A DNA stretch of 64,000 bases from Nitrospirota bacterium (GTDB lineage: Bacteria; Nitrospirota; UBA9217): NCBI GenBank assembly GCA_963740085.1, contig CAVUCU010000004.1:416001-480000 (forward strand), written 5' to 3'. A program made the translations under genes and the position numbers. Shown in pieces: positions 9,630-18,446 of this stretch. Below the pieces are notes generated by a model, which saw only the letters and a program-made list of their open reading frames with translations, did not search any database and was not told where the DNA came from. Each line of letters opens with the position of its first letter. Within the stretch, counting starts at the first letter, position 1.

Positions 9630-11069
9630 ATGAAAATATTACTCGTGAAACCGAATCCACAACTGCTCGTGGCGAAGCGTCTGCAGGAAGGGTTCCTGCA
9701 CCTCGAACCGCTGGAACTTGAAATGGTGGCCGGCGGCGTGCCGCTGGAGGACGAGGTCGTGATCCAGGACCTGAGCTTCGAGAAGGACCCGATCATCGGA
9801 TTTCAGAACAAATTGCGCGAGATGAAGCCCCAGATCGTCGGTTTCACCGGCTATAGCAGCCAGTCGGCCCTGGTCAAGACCCTTGCGGACCTGGTAAAAA
9901 AACATGATCCGAAGATCGTGACCGTCGTCGGCGGGACGCACGCCACGATCATTCCCGCGGATTACGCTCTGAACGGCGACGGCATCGATATCATCGTGCG
10001 CGGCGAGGGCGGCACGGCGTTCGCGGAGATCGTCAGACGCTTTAAAAAAGGTGAACCGCTCGCGTTCGGCGACGCGGTCCTCTCACCCAAAGATCCTGGA
10101 TTCGCGGAAAAGGCCGCGGCCCTGCCGCCGGAATTTCCTCCTGTGGACCGGATACCGCGGGCGCGTCGCGAACTTGTCGATCGATCGCGCTACTTCTGCG
10201 TCTGGACCTCGAGCACGGAGAAGAGGCTCGACACCATCTTCCCGCGCACCGCGAGCATGCGCACGTCGACGGGATGCGCCTTTTCGTGCTCCTTTTGCGT
10301 TGTCCACCATTTGATGCGCGGAAAGTATCTCCAACGTCAGCCGGAGGACGTGGTGGATGAGATCGAGAAGATCGCGGAGAACCATATTTATTTCGTGGAC
10401 GACGAGACGTTCCTGAACAAGGACCGGTTGACCAGGATCGCGAACCTGCTGCTGGAGAAGGGGATCAAAAAGAAATATATCAGCTGGGCGCGCGCTGATA
10501 CGATCGTAAAATATCCGGAGTTGTTCAAGCTCTGGAAACAGGCGGGTCTCAGCGTCGTCTACGTCGGCCTCGAGGCCATGGTTGGATCGCGACTCGACAA
10601 ATATAAGAAGCGGACGAGCGTTGACACGAACCGAAAGGCCATAGAAATCCTGAAAGAGATCGGCATCACCCTCCACGCAAGCTTCATGGTTGATCCGGAT
10701 TTTTCGGTCCAGGACTTCCGGGATCTTGAAAAGGAGATCATGAAGGTCTGTCCGGCCGAGGTCACCTTCACGGTGTTTTCGCCGTCGCCCGGGACCGACC
10801 TCTGGCATACGCATAAGAACGACTACATCGTCGACCCCTATCGTTACTATGACTGCATGCACACGATTCTGCCGACGAAACTCGATATGAACAAGTTTTA
10901 CTCCCACTTCGCGAAACTGTCCCGGGTGGCCCTTCAGGCGAACCCGCTGCGGGTGAACAAGGTCAAGGTGCCTCTTCGGGAGACGATCAAGATCATCTAC
11001 CTTGGAACGAGATATATTTTTGCAATGCGGAATATCTATAAGGACTATTTGCCGAAGAACAGGGTATGA
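9630..11069 (+). CDS. Cobalamin-dependent radical SAM enzyme
   Basis: N-terminal B12-binding domain (VGFTGY, VVGGTHAT, RGEGG); CAFSCSFC cluster motif; GAGGTG RBS. Confidence 0.92.
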   Translation: MKILLVKPNPQLLVAKRLQEGFLHLEPLELEMVAGGVPLEDEVVIQDLSFEKDPIIGFQNKLREMKPQIVGFTGYSSQSALVKTLADLVKKHDPKIVTVVGGTHATIIPADYALNGDGIDIIVRGEGGTAFAEIVRRFKKGEPLAFGDAVLSPKDPGFAEKAAALPPEFPPVDRIPRARRELVDRSRYFCVWTSSTEKRLDTIFPRTASMRTSTGCAFSCSFCVVHHLMRGKYLQRQPEDVVDEIEKIAENHIYFVDDETFLNKDRLTRIANLLLEKGIKKKYISWARADTIVKYPELFKLWKQAGLSVVYVGLEAMVGSRLDKYKKRTSVDTNRKAIEILKEIGITLHASFMVDPDFSVQDFRDLEKEIMKVCPAEVTFTVFSPSPGTDLWHTHKNDYIVDPYRYYDCMHTILPTKLDMNKFYSHFAKLSRVALQANPLRVNKVKVPLRETIKIIYLGTRYIFAMRNIYKDYLPKNRV

Positions 11070-12493
11070 ACATATTTGACACCATAAAACGCGAGACGGA
11101 ATTTTTTATTCAGAAGACCGCGGTCATTGAGGATGATGACCACATTACCTACGGACAACTGATTACCGCCGCTGAACAGGTTGCTGAAACATTGCGGCAG
11201 GTAGGTGTCGGACGGTTTCATCGTGTCGGACTTCTCTGCGACGACAGCATTGACTATATCATCATGAGCCTTGCTATTTTGTCTCTCTCGTCCGTGGTCG
11301 TTCCCGTTTCGCCGGAGCAGACGACGGAAGAAGCAGAGAACGTTATCGACATAATCGATATAGATTTTCTGATCGCCGAGCCGCATCTGTGGCAGGGGGG
11401 ATACGGCGACCCGCTGAGATCGATTGGTCTCTTTAAAAAAGAATTTACCATCGTGAAAAGGACGACCAGAGAGCGTCCGAAGGCCGAATATTTCAGGGTC
11501 AACCCGGCATTCATCCGGTTCAGTTCCGGCACCACGGGCAAGAGCAAGGGGGTGGTGCTGTCGCACGAGGCCATCATCGAACGGACTGATGCCGCTGACA
11601 GGGGACTTCGGATAACATCAAAGGACATCGTGGTCTGGGTACTGTCCATGAGCTTTCATTTTGTGGTCACGATCCTCCTGTTCCTGCGGCGCGGCGCTAC
11701 GATCGTGCTCTGCGGTCATGATTATCCCAAATCGATCATAGAGGGGATCATGTCGCATAAGGGGACGTTCATCTATGCCTCGCCTTTTTATTACGGCCTT
11801 CTGTGTCGTACCGACGCGCTGCCGGGAGATGCGTTGAAACAGATCCGCCTTGCGGTCTCAACGACCATGAAGCTGCCTGAACAGGTTGCGGATGCATTTA
11901 ATGCGAAGTTCGGTTTTGAGCTGACCGAGGCGTATGGGATCATTGAGGTCGGTCTTCCCTTCATCCGGCTGACAGGAGGAAAAGACAAGCGCTGTTCGGT
12001 AGGGAAGGCGCTGCCCGATTACGAGATCAAGCTCGACAAGAAGGATGCGGATGGCGTCGGAGAAATCCGGATCAGAGGAAAGGGGATGCTCGATGCATAC
12101 TACTCCCCCTGGAGGGGCAGGGACGAAATCCTGACGGATGGGTGGTTCAAGACCGGTGATCTCGGAAAGATAGATGCGGATGGATTCCTCACGATCGTGG
12201 GCAGGGAAAAGGACGTGATCAATTTTGTGGGCATGAAGATCTTTGCCCAGGAAGTCGAGGCCGTTCTCAACCAGCACCCGCAAGTGAAGGAGTCGCTGCT
12301 GTATGGCGCTGCGCATGCGGAATACGGTCAACTGCCGATAGCAAAAATCGTAGCACGTCATGAGAGCGGCGATCTGGACGCGAATGACCTTCGGCGCTTC
12401 TGTTATCAGCGCCTGGCTCAGTATAAGGTGCCGAAGGACTTCGAATTCGTGGACAGCCTCCCGAAAACCGCAAGTGGAAAGTTAAAGAGATGA
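11066..12493 (+). CDS. Class I adenylate-forming enzyme (acyl-CoA/acyl-ACP ligase)
   Basis: FSSGTTGKSKG, AYGIIE, FKTGDLG, LPKTASGK motifs. Confidence 0.92.
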   Translation: MNIFDTIKRETEFFIQKTAVIEDDDHITYGQLITAAEQVAETLRQVGVGRFHRVGLLCDDSIDYIIMSLAILSLSSVVVPVSPEQTTEEAENVIDIIDIDFLIAEPHLWQGGYGDPLRSIGLFKKEFTIVKRTTRERPKAEYFRVNPAFIRFSSGTTGKSKGVVLSHEAIIERTDAADRGLRITSKDIVVWVLSMSFHFVVTILLFLRRGATIVLCGHDYPKSIIEGIMSHKGTFIYASPFYYGLLCRTDALPGDALKQIRLAVSTTMKLPEQVADAFNAKFGFELTEAYGIIEVGLPFIRLTGGKDKRCSVGKALPDYEIKLDKKDADGVGEIRIRGKGMLDAYYSPWRGRDEILTDGWFKTGDLGKIDADGFLTIVGREKDVINFVGMKIFAQEVEAVLNQHPQVKESLLYGAAHAEYGQLPIAKIVARHESGDLDANDLRRFCYQRLAQYKVPKDFEFVDSLPKTASGKLKR

Positions 12494-13917
12494 AAATCCT
12501 GCTGATCAATCCCTTCGGCTCGAATTGGGTCGAAGGCAGGAAAGACGTTACCGAGACCGCTATTCGCATGGCTCCGATCGGCATCCTGTCAATTGCGGCC
12601 TATCTTTTGGAAAAAGGGCATGAGGTGGAGGTTCACGACTGCCGCGGCGCAGTAAGCCGCATCGGCGCAGAAGATGTCCTTGACAAGGTCAAGATCTTCA
12701 AGCCTGACATGGTTGGTTTCACGGCCGTGACATCGGGTTTTCTGAACGCCTATCACCTGACCGAGGAGATCAAGAAAACAGCTTCTCATGTTACGATCGT
12801 CTTCGGCGGTGTACATGTCTCCGCCCTGCGCGCAAAGATCCTTGAATCCTATCCTGCCATCGACTTCCTGGTCACCGGTGAGGGAGAGAAGGCAATGGCC
12901 GAGCTTGCCGCCGGAGCAAAGCCCGGGACGATCCAGGGGCTGGTATATCGCGAGGGGACGGAGCTCAGGGACAACGGTTTGCGGACCGATCTGTGCGAGC
13001 TTGACTCACTGCCGTTTCCCGCGTATCACAAACTTGAGGGGTTCCCGAAAAGGTTCGAGGCTGCGCTGTTCAATTACCCGAAGGCGCCATCGGCGACGAT
13101 CATTTCGAGCCGGGGCTGTCCCTACCAGTGTTCGTACTGCGACCGCTCGGTGTACCGCAGGAGCTTTCGATATAACTCCGCTGAATATCTCTATGATCAC
13201 ATGGCGTTCCTGAGAAAAGAATTCGGCATCCGGCACGTATTCTTCTATGATGACCTGTTCACCTTTAACCGCGAGCGGATAGAGAAATTCTGCAGTCTCT
13301 TGCAGACGAAACCGCTCAAGATGACCTTTAATTGCGCAGTGCGTGTGGGTCACATCGACGACGATCTGCTCAAAATGCTGAAGGCGTCGGGCTGCTGGAT
13401 GGTGAGCCTCGGCATAGAGTCGGGCGCGCCCGAGATCCTTGCCCGGCACAAGACCAGGGTGGATTTCAATGAGATGAAGACCACGGTGAAGCGGATCCAG
13501 AAAAGCGGACTGAGGGCAAAAGGACTCTTCATGATGGGACTTCCCGGGGAAACCGAGAAAACGATCAAGATGACGTCCGATTTCATCACAGACCTTGAAC
13601 TTGACGACATGAACATGACGAAATTCACGCCCTTTCCCGGATCTCCCATCTACCAGACCATCCATGACGAAGGTGTGTTTGAGGAAAAATGGGAGCTGAT
13701 GAACTGCCTTAACTTTGTCTTCGTACCCAGGGGGATCGAGTCGAAGGAACGTCTCGATGAGCTCTACAACCGGTTTATCAAGCGCTTTTACACCGGAAAG
13801 AACTGGACCCGTAAGTTCGGTCCGTTGATGTTCAAGTCTCCTCACAGTACCTATCGGATTTTCAGGAACCTGCCGACGTTTCTCAAGATCAAGCGTGATT
13901 TTGAGCCGCATAAATGA
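12490..13917 (+). CDS. Cobalamin-dependent radical SAM enzyme
   Basis: B12-binding domain (VFGGVH, TGEGE); SRGCPYQCSYC; GIESG, GLPGET. Confidence 0.93.
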   Translation: MKILLINPFGSNWVEGRKDVTETAIRMAPIGILSIAAYLLEKGHEVEVHDCRGAVSRIGAEDVLDKVKIFKPDMVGFTAVTSGFLNAYHLTEEIKKTASHVTIVFGGVHVSALRAKILESYPAIDFLVTGEGEKAMAELAAGAKPGTIQGLVYREGTELRDNGLRTDLCELDSLPFPAYHKLEGFPKRFEAALFNYPKAPSATIISSRGCPYQCSYCDRSVYRRSFRYNSAEYLYDHMAFLRKEFGIRHVFFYDDLFTFNRERIEKFCSLLQTKPLKMTFNCAVRVGHIDDDLLKMLKASGCWMVSLGIESGAPEILARHKTRVDFNEMKTTVKRIQKSGLRAKGLFMMGLPGETEKTIKMTSDFITDLELDDMNMTKFTPFPGSPIYQTIHDEGVFEEKWELMNCLNFVFVPRGIESKERLDELYNRFIKRFYTGKNWTRKFGPLMFKSPHSTYRIFRNLPTFLKIKRDFEPHK

Positions 13918-13998
13918 TCCAGCCGGTTGTCCGGTTCGATCGATCACCAGGAGAGGTTGCTTCTCCCCGAGTCGTGCGGGCAACACTTTCCCATTTTA

Positions 13999-14027
13999 TT
14001 GACAAAACATTCTATTTCTTGTATCTT
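13999..14027 (+). promoter_or_regulatory. sigma70 promoter upstream of the rhomboid gene
   Basis: TTGACA-17 bp-TATCTT. Confidence 0.6.
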
Positions 14028-14135
14028 GAGGACGGTCTTTTTGTGTACGGGTAAACTGATGGAATTGATCGTCGGTGGAGTGGACAGCGCGGTAGAGGGC
14101 GGCATACATCGTGCTGGATTTCGTGGAGTTGACTT

Positions 14136-14834
14136 TTGATCCCTTTGCGAGACATTAACCCGACGGAGCGTTTTGCCATCGTCACGTTCACCCTGATTTT
14201 TCTGAATATCGCGGTGTTTATCTATGAATTGACCCTGGGGACGGTTGATGGAGAGAAGTTCATCGTTTCCTTTGCCCTCATCCCGAGAAGGTTATTTTAC
14301 CCTGACACCGTGATGAGCGGAACGTTACCCGCAACAGCTACCCTGTTCACCTCCATGTTTTTGCACGGCGGCTGGCTGCATATCTCAGGCAACATGCTTT
14401 ATCTCTGGATATTCGGGAACAATGTGGAGGACGCCACCGGGAGGGTGCGTTTTATCGTTTTTTACCTGCTCTGCGGTCTCTTTGCCGCCTTTGCTCACGC
14501 GTTCATGAACCAGTCCTCGATTACGCCGATGATCGGGGCAAGCGGAGCAATTTCAGGAGTACTTGGCGCCTATCTGCTCCTGTATCCGCGGGCCCGGGTC
14601 GTTACGCTCGTCATATTCGGTTTCTATATAAGAACTGTTGAGGTTCCCGCCATGATCGTATTGGGATTATGGTTTGTGTTGCAGTTTTTGAACGTCCTGG
14701 TCTCGAGCGGATCGGGCGGAGGGGTGGCGTGGCATGCGCATGTCGCCGGGTTTGTAGCAGGGATATTCCTGATCGGGCTGTTTAAGCGAAAAGACGTGTT
14801 GTTCGATGGTGGAAGGGGATTTCGCTATCCATGA
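14136..14834 (+). CDS. Rhomboid family intramembrane serine protease
   Basis: FLHGGWLHISGNM, GASGA (catalytic Ser), AHVAGF (catalytic His); multiple TM helices. Confidence 0.93.
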   Translation: MIPLRDINPTERFAIVTFTLIFLNIAVFIYELTLGTVDGEKFIVSFALIPRRLFYPDTVMSGTLPATATLFTSMFLHGGWLHISGNMLYLWIFGNNVEDATGRVRFIVFYLLCGLFAAFAHAFMNQSSITPMIGASGAISGVLGAYLLLYPRARVVTLVIFGFYIRTVEVPAMIVLGLWFVLQFLNVLVSSGSGGGVAWHAHVAGFVAGIFLIGLFKRKDVLFDGGRGFRYP

Positions 14835-15919
14835 TAGTTTCCTGTGAATGCGGCGCAAAACTCAAGATCGATGATGCCAAGCTATCCGGCAAGGCGATGA
14901 AGGTGCGGTGTCCGCGATGCGGCAATGTAATCCCATTACAGAAGCCGTCTTCGGCGCTGTCCGCGCTCCCCGAGAAAACAAGCGTTTCATGCGCATCGCG
15001 CGCTTCGTTATCAGACGCGCTGGTGCTGGTTGCGCATGACAGCGAAGTTGTCAGGAAGACGGTCACCGATTTTCTGTCTGAAGCCGGTTTCCGGGTTGAT
15101 ACCGCAGCTGACGGTGTTGAAGCGCTCAAGAAGGCGATAGAGAAAAGACCGCAGGGTTTGGTGCTTGATGTGGGACTGCCGGGCATCTATGGTTTTGAAC
15201 TATGCGAACGGTTAAAGAGCAATCCGGATACACAATCGACTAAAATTGTGCTCCTTTCATCAGTGTACGATATGCGGCGTTACAAACGTACGCCGACCAA
15301 TCTGTATGGCGCCGACGATTACATTGAAAAACACCATATCCCGGATTTTCTGGTGAACAAGCTGCGTAAACTTATTTTCCCGGAACAGCTTGAAGTTGAA
15401 TCGCCCGGGATCAAAGAGCATTCTCATCACGACCTTCCGGAGATGTCTCGGCCTCCGGCACGGGAGTTCGAGTCGTCCCTGCTCAGTCCCCAGAACCCCG
15501 CACGAACTGAGAACGCGATCCCTGATGCGTTTCCGTCCCGGTCCGCAGTGCCGAAACCTGCATCACTGGACGGGCAGGAAGGGTCTGCGCTTTTTCCCGA
15601 GTCGCTCAGTCTCGATGCCTCGATCTTTCAGAAAGAAGAGTGTGATATTCCCCGGGTGGATGAAGCCGATCCCGAGGCCGTGGAGAAGGCGCGGCGCTTC
15701 GCGCGGATCATCGTGTCCGATATCGCCCTCTATAATCAGGAGGCCGTGATCGAAGGCCTTGAGAAAGGGACCTTTTATAATTTGCTGGGGAAGGATATTG
15801 ACGAAGGCAGGGATCTGTACGAAGGGCGCGTTCCGAGCCTTATCAGGGAGAAAAAAGACTACTATCAGGAAGCGTTTGATAATTTTATCGCAGCGGCACA
15901 AAAGAAGAATGTTCGTTGA
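14831..15919 (+). CDS. Response regulator with N-terminal Zn-ribbon (MJ0042-like) and conserved C-terminal helical domain
   Basis: CxC...CPRC Zn finger; REC domain (LVLDVGLPG, GADDYIEK); C-terminal ARRFARIIVSDIALYN. Confidence 0.85.
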   Translation: MIVSCECGAKLKIDDAKLSGKAMKVRCPRCGNVIPLQKPSSALSALPEKTSVSCASRASLSDALVLVAHDSEVVRKTVTDFLSEAGFRVDTAADGVEALKKAIEKRPQGLVLDVGLPGIYGFELCERLKSNPDTQSTKIVLLSSVYDMRRYKRTPTNLYGADDYIEKHHIPDFLVNKLRKLIFPEQLEVESPGIKEHSHHDLPEMSRPPAREFESSLLSPQNPARTENAIPDAFPSRSAVPKPASLDGQEGSALFPESLSLDASIFQKEECDIPRVDEADPEAVEKARRFARIIVSDIALYNQEAVIEGLEKGTFYNLLGKDIDEGRDLYEGRVPSLIREKKDYYQEAFDNFIAAAQKKNVR

Positions 15920-16005
15920 CCCCGTTAGAGATATCACAGCCCGTCCGTTCGCGGGGATGGAGGCTTATCCACGGATAAATAATCCGTTTTTAACTCTAAC
16001 GGGGT
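15919..16005. mobile_element. 87-bp MITE-like element
   Basis: Perfect 12-bp terminal IR ACCCCGTTAGAG / CTCTAACGGGGT. Confidence 0.65.
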
Positions 16006-16033
16006 TGACATACGGATATAGTTAGTATAGTAT
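16005..16033 (+). promoter_or_regulatory. sigma70 promoter of tRNA-Pro
   Basis: TTGACA-17 bp-TAGTAT, 13 bp before the tRNA. Confidence 0.65.
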
Positions 16034-16045
16034 TAAGCGGCTTTG

Positions 16046-16124
<79 letters not shown>

Positions 16125-16196
16125 TTTTATTCATGACAGCAGACATCAACGTATCAGTAAAAGGAGCACCTTGAATCCTATTTTTCATGCCACGAG

Positions 16197-17168
16197 GTGT
16201 TCATGAGTGAGAGGGAACTGCCGGTTGATGATCTGATAGGCTCAGATCCTTACAGTGAGGACCGCGAGGACAATAAAAGTACAGATAAACAAAGCAGTAC
16301 CGACTCCTCTGACGTCGCATCCGAGGTCCCTGCGTCGAAGGGCCTTGATGCCATCAAGTACTATCTCAAAGAAATTCGCAAGACCCCCCTCTTAACGTTC
16401 GAGCAGGAACAGGAACTCGCCAAGAAGATCGAAAAGGGTGACCAGGATGCGCGGGCCAAAATGATCGAGGCGAATCTCCGGCTCGTTGTGGCGATCGGGA
16501 AAAAATACATCAATCGAGGTTTGCAGTTCTCGGACATTATCGAAGAGGGCAATCTTGGCTTGATCCGGGCCGTAGAAAAGTTTCAGTACCAGCGGGGTTT
16601 CAAGTTCAGCACCTACGCTTCGTGGTGGATCAAACAATCCATTGAACGGGCTATCGTCAATCAGACAAGAACCATTCGCCTGCCTGTCCATATCGCCGAG
16701 ATCGTCAATTCCTATATGCGCTCTGTGCGCCAACTGACACAGACCCTTGGCCGCGAACCTCAGATAGAGGAGATCGCCAGGAAGATGAAGGTGACCGTCG
16801 ACAAGGTACGGAGCATCTCGCAGGTGGTGCGTGAGACATACTCTTTGGATATGCTCATCGGCGACCAGGAGGAAGAAACCCTCAAAGACATACTTCAGGA
16901 CACCAACTCTTTATCGCCGGCCAGCGCTTCAGAGGACATACGAAGACGCGAGCATATTGATGACTGGCTTCAACAGCTTTCGGTGAGTGAACGGAAGGTT
17001 GTTGAGCTGCGGTTCGGCCTGGGTGACGGAGATCCAAAGACGCTCGATAGTATCGGCAAGGAGTTCGGTATCACGCGAGAGCGGGTCCGGCAGATCGAGA
17101 CCCAGGCGCTCAATAAACTGCGGGTCATCACAAGGCGAAAGAAAATCGATTTTGAGGAGATGCTCTGA
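16197..17168 (+). CDS. sigma70-family RNA polymerase sigma factor (RpoS-like, no region 1.1)
   Basis: [40 protein letters not shown]. Confidence 0.93.
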   Translation: MFMSERELPVDDLIGSDPYSEDREDNKSTDKQSSTDSSDVASEVPASKGLDAIKYYLKEIRKTPLLTFEQEQELAKKIEKGDQDARAKMIEANLRLVVAIGKKYINRGLQFSDIIEEGNLGLIRAVEKFQYQRGFKFSTYASWWIKQSIERAIVNQTRTIRLPVHIAEIVNSYMRSVRQLTQTLGREPQIEEIARKMKVTVDKVRSISQVVRETYSLDMLIGDQEEETLKDILQDTNSLSPASASEDIRRREHIDDWLQQLSVSERKVVELRFGLGDGDPKTLDSIGKEFGITRERVRQIETQALNKLRVITRRKKIDFEEML

Positions 17169-17278
17169 TATAAAACGAATTCGAAAATTTTAATTGGAAA
17201 TTGGGGCTTTAAGATTTTCCAACAGTGATATTTCGATTTTCAAACTTCAATCGGCAATTTTCAATGTTCCTTCGAAAC

Positions 17279-17355
17279 GCCCCTGTAGCTCAGGTGGATA
17301 GAGCAGCGGTTTCCTAAACCGCGTGCCGGAAGTTCGAGTCTTCCCAGGGGCACCA
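17279..17355 (+). tRNA. tRNA-Arg (anticodon CCT)
   Basis: GCCCCTG/CAGGGGC acceptor stem, GCGGT-TTCCTAA-ACCGC anticodon arm, GTTCGAGTC T-loop, encoded CCA. Confidence 0.96.
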
Positions 17356-17365
17356 TAAAAAAACA

Positions 17366-17397
17366 AGCCTTCAGATGTCTGGAAGGCTTTTTTATTT
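17366..17397 (+). terminator. Intrinsic terminator after tRNA-Arg
   Basis: AAGCCTTC...GAAGGCTT hairpin followed by a T run. Confidence 0.8.
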
Positions 17398-17730
17398 GAA
17401 GCCTTGTCGTCGCCTCAAGAATTTACGCGACTGTATGGCACTTGCATCGTACCATTCTATAACCTAATACATAAAAAAAGAAGTGGTTAAAGTGATCGTG
17501 CCCTTATCAAGAGTAAAAAAAAGAAACATGGCCACAATTGAGCGTTATTCCTCAGTAATATGATCCAGTCACTGATCCGTGTTAAGATTCAAAATTATCC
17601 CTTGAACTCAATTTATCAATACCAGTCGGAATATCTTACAAATAGCGGCAGATAATACTTTTGTACCTAAATATTTATCGATATTGTCCGTAATATGTTG
17701 ATATTAAATATAATATTAAAAAAGTTCGGT

Positions 17731-17811
17731 AGTCGAAAAAACTAACAACCGTATTTTTAAGAAATAAAAAGCAATATATCCAATATGATACAAGATGGTA
17801 TTTATATTGCA
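17731..17811 (+). promoter_or_regulatory. sigma54 promoter with upstream activator site
   Basis: TGGTAT-TTATA-TTGCA (17796-17811); AGT-N11-ACA at 17731-17747. Confidence 0.6.
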
Positions 17812-17827
17812 AAAAATAATTTAGGAT

Positions 17828-17999
17828 ATGAAATATTAAAAGAATTAATCTTATAATTTTAATGTCGTTTATCTGTAGTGATTGTCTAAACGAAGACCCC
17901 ATAATTGCATGCTGTAAAAGCTCCCTCGCAGATTACCCGGCAGCGATGCTCCTCTTTGGAATGAGCCTTTTAGGAGTAGGGAATATGAAAAATATTTAA
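17828..17999 (+). pseudogene. Candidate ~56-aa PEP-CTERM-like mini gene (1-nt shift right after the ATG)
   Basis: Frame from 17832 reads NIKRINLIILMSFI...DYPAAMLLFGMSLLGVGNMKNI*; tail resembles a PEP-CTERM TM; sigma54 promoter upstream, terminator downstream. Confidence 0.45.
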
Positions 18000-18028
18000 G
18001 AGGCAAGAGGGCAAAATAACTCTTTTAA

Positions 18029-18066
18029 AAGGGATGTTACTGCGTCCAACATCCCTTCTGTTTTGT
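18029..18066 (+). terminator. Intrinsic terminator
   Basis: AAGGGATGTT / AACATCCCTT 10-bp stem followed by CTGTTTTGT. Confidence 0.65.
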
Positions 18067-18446
18067 GCTCAGTTCTCCCAACATGAATGAATATTGTAAG
18101 GTTATCACTTGCGTCCAAGGTCCTTTGCGCTCTTGAAAACAGGTGATCAGGATTTTTCTTGACGCTCTATCGGGATTATGCTAATAATCAAATGCCAATC
18201 CGGAGACCTTGCACTATTCGAAGCAGACTAACTTTCGCGGAGGAAGGTAGACATAGACCGAAAGCATTGTAGTCTTCACCGGAGCCAGGAGTGAAATGTT
18301 TGCAGTGCCCCGAAATCTATTCAGTTTATCACATGCACGCATCGAACAACCGCATTCATTTGCTGAGGCGCGCTTCTTGTCCACTCCTCCAGTCGCAGGA
18401 TTAAATAAGTTCTTCAACTACGAATACCGGGTACGTCGGAGGCACA

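Noticed and set aside
749-13986. Long minus-strand ORFs (749-1609, 1947-3095, 10083-10907, 13006-13986; also 40931-41938)
   Set aside because: Antisense shadows of well-supported + strand genes in GC-rich DNA; no recognisable motifs.
14136-14834. Rhomboid as a rhombosortase for the surface proteins
   Set aside because: Ordinary rhomboid in the housekeeping block; no GlyGly-CTERM tails seen, and the sorting signals present are PEP-CTERM, lipobox and dockerin.
17892-17906. GAAGACCCCATAATT resembling the ISL3-like end at 24990
   Set aside because: Short match with an indel, lying in-frame within the candidate micro-ORF; insufficient for an IS scar.
17900-18446. c-di-GMP riboswitch upstream of the diguanylate cyclase
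   Set aside because: A GGCAAA is present but I could not build the GEMM two-hairpin structure; an Rfam scan would settle it.
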